Shown piece after piece: positions 1-12,199 of a stretch of DNA of 64,000 nucleotides. The position numbers and the translations under genes were made by a program. Location of the stretch: assembly GCA_013416795.1 (NCBI GenBank), contig RQSC01000974.1, positions 1 through 64,000 on the forward strand, read 5' to 3'. Source of the stretch: Prasinococcaceae sp. CCMP 1430. Lineage: Eukaryota > Plantae > Prasinodermophyta. The first letter of the stretch is position 1. The number at the start of each line of letters is the position of its first letter. Under the pieces are notes generated by a model, which was not told where the DNA came from, searched no databases, and saw only the letters and a program-made list of their open reading frames with translations.

Positions 1-115
1 GGGTGGGTGCGGGCGGAGGGGCACTGGCGGGGCGGCCCGCGCGGCCACACCGCCGGCGGTGCAGAGGCGAGTGCGGGGCGATTGGCCGCGGGCCCGCGGC
101 GCCCCCGGAGCACGC

Positions 116-1825
116 ATGGTGCCGCCCGGAGCGCGGTCCGATGGCCCCCCGCCTGCGTCGGTCCTCCAGCCACTGCGCGAGGTGCGCCCGCCCTCGCTTG
201 CCGGTGGCGACAGCGACAGCGACAGCGGGTCCGAATGTGAGGCGCCGATCTTCCTCGGAAACGGCGGCAGCGTCGGAGGCGCGCCCGCTGACGCAGCGAG
301 CGGTTGGGACGCGCGGCTGGCAGCTGAGCTTGGCGTGGATGTAGAGTTTGCCAGACCGCAGGTGGACATACGTGCAGGACTTGCGGGGCTCGTTGGGGAC
401 GCCGAGGCGTCGCAAGCAGACACCGCGCGCGTGGAGGGCGTGGACGGCGCCACGTCGGCGAGCGCGCACGAGTTCGACGGGCCGAGTGCCGCGCGCACTG
501 CCAGTCCCGAGGCAGCGGGCCCGACTGCGCACCACACGCATGTCTCAGTGCGCGCGCCCGCGGAGCTCGAGCCGGCAGCCGAGGCGAAACTACACGACGA
601 GTTCTTCGCCACAGTCAGGGCGTTCGAGGTCGCTGAGGAGCAGAGGGAAAATGCGAACGGTGAAGCAGAGACGCAAACGCCAGCCGCGCTCGCACCCGCC
701 AGCTCGCGCGGCGTGGCGATGGACCTCGAGACGGGCCTTGACGCGCTGGGCTTCGATCTTGACGCACTGCTTGCTTCTGCGCGTAGCGATGGAATCACAA
801 GCTCCAGCGTGGACGTTGCCGCCGCCGCGGAAGAGGGGGACGATGCTGATGACATGCGCATGCCGCACTTGCTGCCAGCACTGGAAGCCATGCTGCAGGC
901 AGTGGTGACCACCGAAGACAGCTCAACGTTTGCCACCACATGGCGCGCGCAGGGTAGCGCACGCACTCACAGCGGCGTCCCTGCGAGCGCAAGCGCGAGC
1001 GGAGGCGCGGGCGGAGGCGAATACGGGCGACATGGGGACAAACGGGGAGCCAAGCCGCGTGCCGGGGATGACATGGGGGAGGAGGACGCGCATGAACGTT
1101 CCAGCGCTGCGGGGAAAACCTCGTCATTGTGGCGCGAGACCGAGGCCGATGCTGTGGCTGCGGCTGCGTACCGCTCGCGTCGACGCAACAACGCGCAGGA
1201 GGGGAGCACGGTCGTGCTCGACCTGCGGCAGAAACATGGCATGGCGGCGGCGACCGAAGCTGATGTGTCCCAGAGGTCTGAGAAGCTTGCGCGCACGCTC
1301 TCCGTGCCAGCGACGGCGCACGGCAGTACGCATGCGCGTGCGCCCCCGCGATTGCGCTCGTCCAGGTTCGAGCTACGCGACAGTGACGACGAGGAGAGCT
1401 CCGACGATGAGGCCGACATCGACCCGCGCGCAGCAAGGAGGGTGCACGCAAACGCAAACGGGATGGCGGCAGGGGGTGCTTGCGGGCTCCCGCAGTCGAC
1501 TGCACCAGGCGCTGCCTGCGTGGACCCCCCCGCAGCTATTCCCGTCATTGCGCGCGACAAGGCGCAACCGCGCGCCTCAACGCTCGTTCACACGAGCCCT
1601 GACAAGGTCATCGGCGTGGAGCGAATCATGCCGGCTCCCACCGGCAGCGCAGGTTCCCGCGCTCGCGCAGCCCCCGCTGCCGGCTCGGCCGCCGCGCTCG
1701 CCGCCGAGCGCGCCGCGGCCGAGCGTGCCCGCGAGCGGCCCAGAAGCGCGCACGCCGAGCTTCAGCGCGAGCGCGCCAAGCAGGAGGCGCGCGAGATGAG
1801 CGCGCTTCTGTGGGCTTGCAAGTAG
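116..1825 (+). CDS. Hypothetical low-complexity protein (Ala/Asp/Glu/Ser-rich, about 569 aa from the first ATG), apparently intronless
   Basis: Long open frame 59-1825 with GC3-rich codons; first in-frame ATG at 116; stop TAG 1823-1825 converges on ABA4 54 bp away. No family motif recognised; the true start could lie upstream. Confidence 0.6.
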   Translation: MVPPGARSDGPPPASVLQPLREVRPPSLAGGDSDSDSGSECEAPIFLGNGGSVGGAPADAASGWDARLAAELGVDVEFARPQVDIRAGLAGLVGDAEASQADTARVEGVDGATSASAHEFDGPSAARTASPEAAGPTAHHTHVSVRAPAELEPAAEAKLHDEFFATVRAFEVAEEQRENANGEAETQTPAALAPASSRGVAMDLETGLDALGFDLDALLASARSDGITSSSVDVAAAAEEGDDADDMRMPHLLPALEAMLQAVVTTEDSSTFATTWRAQGSARTHSGVPASASASGGAGGGEYGRHGDKRGAKPRAGDDMGEEDAHERSSAAGKTSSLWRETEADAVAAAAYRSRRRNNAQEGSTVVLDLRQKHGMAAATEADVSQRSEKLARTLSVPATAHGSTHARAPPRLRSSRFELRDSDDEESSDDEADIDPRAARRVHANANGMAAGGACGLPQSTAPGAACVDPPAAIPVIARDKAQPRASTLVHTSPDKVIGVERIMPAPTGSAGSRARAAPAAGSAAALAAERAAAERARERPRSAHAELQRERAKQEAREMSALLWACK

Positions 1826-1879
1826 CCGCACATTTCGTGTGTAGTGGACTAGGAAAGTAAGCTCTTTTACCTACTGCTG

Positions 1880-2412
1880 CTATGCAGGGGCGGCCGCTTT
1901 CCTCTTGCCGCGCGCGCGCAGCCTGACGGCAACCTCATGCACCAGGATGCCCAGTGGCCCCGCGACTGCGGCCGCAAAGACAGCGAGGCGGGTGGCGAGC
2001 GCGGGGAGGGCGCCGTTCGCGGCGGCAGCGGCGGCGGCCTCCGAGACCACATGACGCGCAGCGAACAGGTTGATGGCCAGTAGGTGCGCCCACGCGCTCG
2101 CGGCCGCCACCGCGTCCGACAACAGCGTGCCGATACCCTCCAGGGTCGGAAAGAACTGCGCCTGGCCCGTTCGGAGTCCTTCCTCCAGACTACCAGGCAT
2201 GATGAGACTAGGCGACCGCACGCGCAGCAGAGGCGGCGGTGGGCGCGCACAAGGACGCGCGCGCGTGTGCGGATCGCGTGGGGGTCAGAGCGCGCTCGCA
2301 GCAGTGGTCGTGGAAGCGGCTGCGGCCGCGCGCTGGGTGCGCGAGCGCGCAGCAAACCTGAGTGTGTCTGGCGTCCAACTGAGCGCGAGCAGCACGCCGT
2401 AGACGGCGCACA
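1880..2412 (-). CDS. ABA4: ABA4-like (DUF4281) membrane protein, neoxanthin-synthesis associated; 5' end unresolved at the N at 2413
   Basis: Exons 2412-2358 and 2207-1880 joined by a 150-nt GT..AG intron give YGVLLALSWTPDTLSLIMPGS...FFPTLEGI...ASAWAHLLAINLFAAR...GPLGILVH, matching the ABA4 motifs SWTP, SAWxHLLxxDLFAAR and PxGIxxH. Confidence 0.75.
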
Positions 2413-3021
2413 NGGCTCGCGTCGCCGGCAGGCCGCTCGCCACCCTTTTCCTCCCCCCTCCCCCACCGTCACCCGCCCACCCCAGTCCTACGCCTCCCCC
2501 CTTCACACACGCCCCGCGCCGCGCACAGTGGCACGCCCGCAGCAGCCGCTGCCACCCACGGCGTGGGTGCGCCGCCGCAGCCCGATCCGCTGACGTGGCC
2601 GCGCGGAGAAGATACACCAGTGCCGGCACGATACCCAAAACAAAGGGTTCGCCCAAATTTCCAATGCATTTACTGTAGAAATGAGCTTCGAGGGAGATGA
2701 ATTTGGGTTACGGACCTCCTGGCACCTACGGCAGCCGACCTGCGGCAACCCCGGCCACCCACCCCAACGCCCGCGAAAGACTGGGGATAAGCTCGACGAG
2801 CTCAGCGGGATGGCGCGTGTGCGTTCGATCATCCCCGGGATACATCCGGAACCTCCACGCCATTGGTTGGATGTGGCCGCTGCGGCCTGGCGGCGGCGGG
2901 GTGCGCGCGCTGCAGAGTCCCTCCGGAGAGTTCCGCCGGGCGGTGTGCGCCACAGAGCGCGCGCTCCTCCCGCTCCTGCCCCAAGTCACCCCCCCCCCCT
3001 TCCCGCGCCCGGGCCCACGAG

Positions 3022-5405
<2,384 letters not shown>

Positions 5406-5650
5406 GGCCCGCCACCGACGATTCTTTTTTTAAAGTAAAAGCAAGGCTCTCCAGCTCTTCAACTTCTTGATCTGTACGCACATGCGCGCGTGCATACGCC
5501 AGATCGCACGCCGGCCGCGCTGCGCAGGCCGCGCCCCCGCCGATCGCAAGCGTCCCTCTCCCCCAGGCGCGCTCGAAGCGCCTCGGCCTCGCCCCTCCAG
5601 CACACCACCGACATCACCCGGCGCTTTGTCCCGTCCCTCGGCCTCGGTGG

Positions 5651-5926
5651 ATGCGCGTGAGCGTCAAGCTCTTTGCGCGCGGGCGCGAGCTCGCGGGCGG
5701 CGCGGCGGGCGCCGAGTTCGAGCTCGCCGACGGCGCGACGACGCGCGAGCTGCTCGCTGCGGCCGAAGAGCGCTTCCCGGGGCTCGCGACGCCGGATTTC
5801 CGGGAGACACTGGTGCTTGCGGTCAACTGCGAGTACGTGCCCGTGGGTGGCGAGGAGGGGGAACCGCCGAGGGTACTCAAGGACGGCGACGAGGTCGCCT
5901 TCATCCCGCCCATTTCTGGAGGGTGA
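5651..5926 (+). CDS. CNX7: Molybdopterin synthase sulfur-carrier subunit (MoaD/MOCS2A/CNX7)
   Basis: 91 aa ubiquitin-like ThiS/MoaD pattern: MRVSVKLFA..RELAG, LAVNCEYV, LKDGDEVAFIPPISGG with a C-terminal Gly-Gly. Confidence 0.93.
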   Translation: MRVSVKLFARGRELAGGAAGAEFELADGATTRELLAAAEERFPGLATPDFRETLVLAVNCEYVPVGGEEGEPPRVLKDGDEVAFIPPISGG

Positions 5927-5951
5927 GTGCCAAAGGAAAGGCCTAGCGGCC

Positions 5952-6425
5952 ATGGCCGAGACGGTGACGGCTTTGCGCGAGCTCGTGAAGGGTGACGATC
6001 CTAAGCGAGAGAAAGGCGCCAATGCAAGCGGTGCCGCGCTTCCCCTCGACGAGTGCCTGTCGCTTGTCGAGCGCGCGGTGCGCGCAGCCGCTGCGGCCGC
6101 GGAGCGCGACTTCGCCGCGCTCGAGGCACTGCACCGGCGTGCAGCTGCGGCGGGTGGGGGTGCTGGCGGCGAGACGGCCGCTCTGCAGGCGAAGCGATTG
6201 CTTGATGACGCACACGAGCGATTCGAGGAGGCGGTGGAGCGCGCCGTGCTCAAAGGCGGGGCAGAACAGCAGAAGCAGATCGGGCACGAGCCTTCGCTCG
6301 CGTCCGCCGAGAAACAGGCCACCCGGCGGCTTGCGACCATCCTCGACGTGTTTGAGGCATGCGCGGCGGAGCGACAGCAGGCTATCGCCGCGCTGTCTGA
6401 CGCGACCGCCGCCTCTGCTGACTGA
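5952..6425 (+). CDS. Hypothetical helical protein, 157 aa
   Basis: ATG in the GCCATGG context used by other genes here; GC3-rich Ala/Glu/Leu codons; starts 25 bp after the MoaD stop. Confidence 0.65.
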   Translation: MAETVTALRELVKGDDPKREKGANASGAALPLDECLSLVERAVRAAAAAAERDFAALEALHRRAAAAGGGAGGETAALQAKRLLDDAHERFEEAVERAVLKGGAEQQKQIGHEPSLASAEKQATRRLATILDVFEACAAERQQAIAALSDATAASAD

Positions 6426-6515
6426 GCTGCAGTAGGGCTGCCGCGCTAGCGCGCGCGCCCGCGATAGGGTAAATGTAGTCTACAAGTGCCTACAGCTGCA
6501 GACCGAGCGCGCTGC

Positions 6516-6720
6516 TCAGTCCTCCGACAGGAACGCGATGGCGTTCTCGACCGGAGAAAGCAGCATCGCCTCCGCCGCCTCGCGCTCCGCCCGCTCTCGC
6601 CGCACTTCGTCGGCCACGCGCCCACCCACCCGCTCCTACGACGTTCCACACCTCCACGCCCCCACCGCGCGCTCGCGGCGTCCCCCCCCCCCCTCGCCGT
6701 GTGCACCGTGTGCATACCAT
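6516..6720 (-). CDS. Short or partial hypothetical protein; terminal exon ERVGGRVADEVRRERAEREAAEAMLLSPVENAIAFLSED*
   Basis: Terminal exon 6635-6516 follows a TAG acceptor and has coding-like codons; upstream ATG|GTATGC donor at 6720-6717 (82-nt intron). Further upstream exons are possible but unresolved. Confidence 0.45.
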
Positions 6721-6767
6721 CCGCGTTCGGATCACCGTTTGCCTCTGGGACAGGGGAGGCACAATCG

Positions 6768-6807
6768 TTTAGGTTCAGTGTTTAGGGTGTAGGGTTTGTA
6801 TTAAGGG
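6768..6807 (+). promoter_or_regulatory. Cluster of degenerate TTTAGGG (telo-box-like) units
   Basis: tttaggttcagtgtttagggtgtagggtttgtattaaggg: 3-4 imperfect plant-type telomere units in an otherwise GC-rich intergenic region. Confidence 0.4.
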
Positions 6808-7329
6808 CGCTGCGCTGCACTGCTTCTGAAGAACGAGCGTGGGCACGGTCGTGCGCGCGCGTGCCGCCGCTCGGGGAACGCTGCGCGCGGTCGAATTCGT
6901 CCCGCGCGCGTGCGCGCGCGCGCGTCGGAGGTTCGGGTTGGGATCGGCGGCGCGCGCTGGCAACGCCGCGGGAGCGGATAAGCGAGGGCTTGAAGAATCG
7001 GAGGGGCGCGGAGGGGACGAGATGCTCGCGCGTGCAGCAGGAGGGTGGGTGGGGGTGGGGGGCTGCGGCGAGCGCCTGGTGCGTCCGCCCGCGCGCGAGG
7101 CGCGCGGGCAGGGCGTGCGGGGCGATGCGGCTGAAGGAGGGGTGTGGGCGTGTGGGCATGTGGTGGGTGGGTGGGCGTGGGTGATTCCAGGCGCGGGGGA
7201 AGGAGGGCGTCTGCACGGCGCGGGCGGGGGCTTTACCAGAGGCTGCACACAGCGCGCGGCGGCGGGGCGGCGGCGGCGGGGCGCCGCGCTGACGCTGGGC
7301 GCAGCCCTGCGCGCGGCAGCGCAGCGGCG

Positions 7330-10311
7330 ATGTCGGTCTTCAAGAGGAAGGTGCGCGCCTGCGCCCACTCCCGCGTTTCCGCTGAGAGGGGCCAATTCCC
7401 TACCGCCCACGCCCTCCCCCACCTCAAAACAATCCGGGACGGCTGTCTTGCGAGTCCGCTCGCGTGCGCGCTTGCACACCGCCCGAGCGCAGGCAGGTGC
7501 ACCAGAGCGCTCGCTTGACCACCGTGTCGTGCATGCAAGCGCGAGAGGAGTCTAGCTGTGCCACACGAAAACATGGTTGCTGACCCGCGCATGTCTCCCA
7601 TGGTGCACGCGCACTGCACGCCCTCCTTGGCTCGTCATCCCGCCACGCTCGCATTTACGGACGACAGGTGCGCCCTGGGGCGATCGAGGCGGACCCGCGC
7701 GGCGGGGCGGTGCTCGTGCACTACACCGAGGAGAAGCACGAGATGTCCACGCTGGGCGAGTCCGTGCGGGTGGTCGAGCAGAAGCCGGGCGTCAAACGCA
7801 TCCGCGTGCCGGCGCTCGATGCAAGCTCGGATGTGCCGGCACTCGCGCGCGAGGTCGTCGCGGCGTGCAAGTACCTGACAGAGAGAAAGACGTCCAAGGT
7901 GGAGGACGTGCTCATGGAGATGCTGCAGCAAGCGCTCGGCGGCGCGGGCGCGGGCGGCGCGCTGCAGCATCCTGAGGAGGATGAGATCGCGATGCTGCAG
8001 CAGCGGAAAGGGGAGAGGGGCTTCGAGGTCCGGGGCGCGGATGACCTGCCGGCGGACATCAACGATTTGGACGAGTACCTGGAAGACCTGTACGACGACA
8101 ACGTCGCGACGAAGGCGCGCGTGGCCGGCCAGATTTCGAAGCTCGCGAAGCGCACCGAGTTCCTAGAGGAGCTGCTGAGCCACACTACGCTGCTGGGTGC
8201 GCTCACGCGCGTGCTGCGAGAGGACGGAAAGCGCTCAATGGACCTGACCATCGCAGTCATCTCCGTCTTCTTCGCCTTCAGCAACTTCTCCCAATTCCAC
8301 GAGGTGATCATCTCCAACTCGGTCGGTGACCTGACCATGCGCGTGCTCGACCTCGAGATGAAGCGCATCGAGCATCGCAAGGAACCTGAGACGCAGAAGC
8401 GGCTGCGCAAAGCGGATTACACAGACTTCTCCGAGCTCGACTCGACCACGCAGAAACTGGTCGTGGCTATGCGCAAGCAAGACAAGCTCATGTACCTGTG
8501 CTTCTACCTGCTGCTCAACCTGGCGGAGGACGTCTCCATCGAGAAGAAGATGAAGAAGCGCGACATAGTCGGCCTCCTTTGCTCCACATTACGCGACAAG
8601 CGCAACGTCGAGCTGCTGATCCTGACCGTGATGTTCCTCAAAAAGCTCAGCATATACGACGTGAACAAGAGCCGCATGCAAGAGGTGGGCATCGCGGAGC
8701 TGCTGTGCCGCCTGCTGCCGTGCTCGCATGACGTGCTCCTCACGTGCCTTCTGCGGCTCGTCCTCAACTTGTCGTTCGACCCGGACATTCGCGCCTCTCT
8801 GGCAGACCATGGTCTGATCCCGAGGGTGGTCGAGCTCGTGAGGACGCCGTCCGTGCGTGACCTCGCTCTCGGGGTCCTCTACCACCTATCCATGGACGAC
8901 AAGTGCAAGAGCATGTTCACGTACACTGACTGCGTTGCGATGGTGCGAGACGAGCTGCTAAACAACCCCGACGAAACGAGTTCCCAGCCGGAGCTCATCG
9001 CACTCGCGGTAAACTTGACACAGAATGCGCGCAACGCGGAGGTGTTTTGCTCGGACGGTGGGCTCGACGCCGTGTTCCGGTGCGCGGCCGACACGCGCGA
9101 CTCTCTGCTCTTCAAGGTGCTGCGCAACATCTCGCAGATGGACACTACCAAGTCTCACTTTGTGCCGTACATGCCCGAGCTCGCGGAGCTCATCCGAGCG
9201 CCCGACACACACCAGGATCTGCTTGTAGAGGTGCTTGGCGTGCTGTCCAACCTCAACATCGAGAACTTCAACTACGCTCAATTCATCGCCGATCACGAGC
9301 TCCTGTCGTTCCTCAGCAGCTACTTGCAGCCAGGGACTGTGGAGGACGACATTGTTCTGGAAGTGGTGATGTTCGTCGGCACGCTGTGCACCGCTGAAAC
9401 AGCGAACGACCTCGTCTCGAGCGGCTTGGTCAGCAAACTGTACGAGCTTATCGAGGACAAGAAGGACGACGATGAGATCGTGTTGCAGATCACCTACGCT
9501 TTCAGGCAACTGATGCTGTGCCGGCCGACATTTGACGCGCTCATGCAACACGACCAGGTGCTTTTCTATCTCGTGGACCTCCTCAAGGATAAGGTGTGTG
9601 GTATCTCAAGAGCCGCACCTCCACCGCGCCGCTGTGCGCCTTGCGTGCCAGCGCATGCTGGCCATTGCGTTGCATGAATGCGCGGCTGACCGAGGCCCGC
9701 GCCTTGCCAGAACGAGGCCGTGCGCAAGCAAGCCGATGCCTGCTTGGACGTTCTCCAGGGCGCATCCGAGGACTGGCGCGTGCGTGTGCGCGCCGAGAAG
9801 TTCCGCGCATACAACCACGAGTGGCTCGCGGCCGTCGAGGTACGTGACGCTACGATGCGCGAGCTGCCACGCACGCGCGCGAGCTTGCGCGTGCGTCTGC
9901 ATGCGAGTATGGGCGCTGCGGCGCGCCCTGTACGACGTGCCCGCTCTGACGTTTGGGCCGGGTCGTGTTGGCACCACGCGCCCCAGGCGGACGACATGAA
10001 TGGGGAGGGTGCAGGCATGCAGTACGCCAAGGCGCTTGATGGCAACGGCGTGCTCCTCGATGAGCATGAGGACTTGATGGACGACGGCGAGTGGGATGAA
10101 GGCGACATAGGTGCTGTCGGAGGTGCGCCGCGGCTCTTGGCGCTCGCACGCGTGCTGGCGTGTCGCGCGGAATCCCCTGACACCGCAGCGCGCGCAAACG
10201 CCCCCTCCCATCGCCCCCGGCGCCGCAGAGGACGGCGCGTTCGGCGATGCCTACGACGACGGCTTCGCGCAGTACGACGGGTACGCCGACGAAGACTTCG
10301 AGGCACCCTGA
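7330..10311 (+). CDS. KAP: Kinesin-associated protein KAP (kinesin-2 accessory subunit, KIFAP3/FLA3), 5 exons
   Basis: Exons 7330-7350, 7668-9593, 9711-9839, 9987-10110 and 10229-10311 join in frame; MSVFKRKVRPGAIEADP N-terminus, armadillo repeats, CFYLLLNLAED..IEKKMKKRDIV, EKFRAYNHEWL. Confidence 0.93.
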
Positions 10312-10764
10312 GGACCATGTCTCCTCCGAGTCCTCTCTCAAGTCCTGTGCAAAACTTGAGACTCCGCGTCGCCGGTGTGTACACGTACGTTCCCTGTACA
10401 AAAATAAAAATAAACCCTCTTTCTTTCACCGTATCTGCTGCAATCGGTGGTTTGGGTTTCACAGAGCTTGATCACGCTCGCTCCTGCCCGGTGGCCCTCG
10501 CAGAGTGCGCGCGAAGCTCAGAGCGCGCGCGCAGGGCGGGCACGGGGAGGGGGAGGGGGGGGAAGGGGCGAATGCACGGCTGCCTTCAGCGTCGCGCTCG
10601 CGCCGCGCCATGTGGCCCGCGCAGGCAACAGCTGCGCGGACGCACAAAAAGCCAAAACCAAAACCAAGACCAGGTGAACCGACGCCCCCGACCAACCAGA
10701 GGCCGCAGCGCACGCCTCGCCGGGGCGCGCCGAACGGGCTTCGGAACCCAGAAAATGTGTTAGG

Positions 10765-10799
10765 TTTATCCTGAAATCGCCTGGCGATTTCAGGATAAA
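10765..10799. repeat. Perfect 35-bp hairpin (17-bp arms, 1-nt loop)
   Basis: tttatcctgaaatcgcc-t-ggcgatttcaggataaa is an exact inverted repeat. Confidence 0.95.
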
Positions 10800-10980
10800 T
10801 CGGGCTTTTACTCTAAATTTTGCTTCGGTTTTGGTTTAAATTTGTGTTCAAGTTGCGAGATTCGCTTCGTTTTCGCAGCAATACCTGCGAGATTCGCTTC
10901 GTTTTCGCAGCAACTTTGCTTTTCTTTTTTTCTTTTTCTTTTTCTTTTTCTTTTTCTTTTTCTTTTTTTAGTTCGTTTTC

Positions 10981-11127
10981 GGCGAAGCTGTTCGGTTTTG
11001 GTTCGGTTCGGTTCGGTTCGGTTCGGTTCGGCGAAGCTGTTCGGTTTTGGTTCGGTTCGGTTCGGTTCGGTTCGGTTCGGTTCGGTTCGGCGAAGCTGTT
11101 CGGTTTTGGTTCGGTTCGGTTCGGTTC
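10981..11127. repeat. (GGTTC)n microsatellite arrays within a 3x higher-order unit beginning ggcgaagctgttcggtttt
   Basis: Directly visible; another (GGTTC)n tract lies at about 11607-11634. Confidence 0.9.
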
Positions 11128-11155
11128 TTTTTAGTTCGTTTTTGTTTTGTTTTTC

Positions 11156-11239
11156 GAACCAGGTATCCCATTTGGTGCTTTTGGAACCAGGTATCTCGTT
11201 TGGTGCTTTTAGAACCAGGTATCCCACCCGGTGCTTTTG
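11156..11239. repeat. Three tandem 28-bp repeats (gaaccaggtatcYYRYYYggtgcttttR)
   Basis: Units 11156-11183, 11184-11211 and 11212-11239; an inverted partial copy lies at about 11531-11585. Confidence 0.85.
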
Positions 11240-12199
11240 GAACAGGGAAAATAAAAAATATTTTTTCCTTCCGTACTATCCCGTGGGTTCATGTATAGTG
11301 ATTTTATATATCAGCACATAAGCATCATCCGGTAGGGCCCGGCAGCGCGGCTCCGCGGGGTCCTGCGGACACGCCCACATCAAAATGCATTCAAGTTGCG
11401 TTTGCAGTGTTAGGTCAAAATGCATCTGATCGAAAATTTTGTGGGTTGGGACCCCTTCGGCGGCCAATATTTTTTGTGAAAAAGGAAATTAGAAAAAAAC
11501 AGGTTGGGATTCGTAGTCCAAATGCACTTGATGGGATACCTGGATCCAAAAGGAACCGGGGTCGGGGAGTCCCGAAAGCACCGGTTGGCTTCGGTATGCT
11601 TGCGTTTGGTTCGGTTCGGTTCGGTTCGGTTCGGTTGGCCTTCGGCGAAGCTCTTTTTATTTTATTATTTTATTTTATTATTTCTTTTATTTCTTTTATT
11701 TATTCTTTTCTCTCTTTTATTTTCTTCAGTTCGTTTTGACTTCAGTTCGTAGTTGCGAAACTTTTTCTTTGCTGCGAAACTTCGTTCTAAAATTTTCAAA
11801 ATTTAGAATAAAAGACCCAGAATGGCACGAAGCGCGCCCCTCACGGGACGCGGCGCGGCGCAAAATCCGTTCCCGAGCCCAACGCCGCGTCGTTTGTTGG
11901 TTGGTTGTTGTCTACTACAAAGCGTTTTACAGCTCCCAACTCGCCAGGCTGGTTGGAGCTGGAGGGCTTTGGGAGGCGTCGGCCATGCCGCCCGGCGCCA
12001 CACGCTGCCCCCCCCCCCTCTTCCTCCCCATCTTCCCCACGCACGCCTCGCGCTCTCGTGCGGCGCGCATGGCGTGCGGCTGGGCGAGGGCGGGAGCGCC
12101 CCGCGCGGAGGCGCGCGGCGCGCGCCACCTCGCGCGCCACCTCGAGAGTAATATGGCCACAAAACAGCGCCCCCCCCCCGCCCTCCGCGCGCGATCGTG

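Larger units (their letters stand above)
10754..11814. mobile_element. AT-rich, repeat-built insertion; candidate non-autonomous DNA element (MITE/foldback-like)
   Basis: Abrupt switch to AT-rich DNA; flanked by the direct 8-mer ACCCAGAA (10746-10753, 11815-11822); imperfect inverted repeat cttttactctaaattttg (10805-10822) versus 11797-11814; internal tandem and inverted subrepeats; no transposase ORF. Confidence 0.45.

Noticed and set aside
5923-5946. GTGAGT donor at the MoaD stop splicing to the downstream ORF
   Set aside because: The intron would be only about 24 nt and would destroy the essential C-terminal Gly-Gly.
6768-6807. True telomere or chromosome-fusion scar
   Set aside because: Only 3-4 degenerate units, with genes on both sides.
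11156-11239. 28-bp repeats as a CRISPR array
   Set aside because: The units are contiguous with no unique spacers, the context is eukaryotic and there are no cas genes.
10808-11752. RTEPN-repeat ORFs in the AT-rich block
   Set aside because: These are translations of (GGTTC)n and (TTTTTC)n microsatellites.
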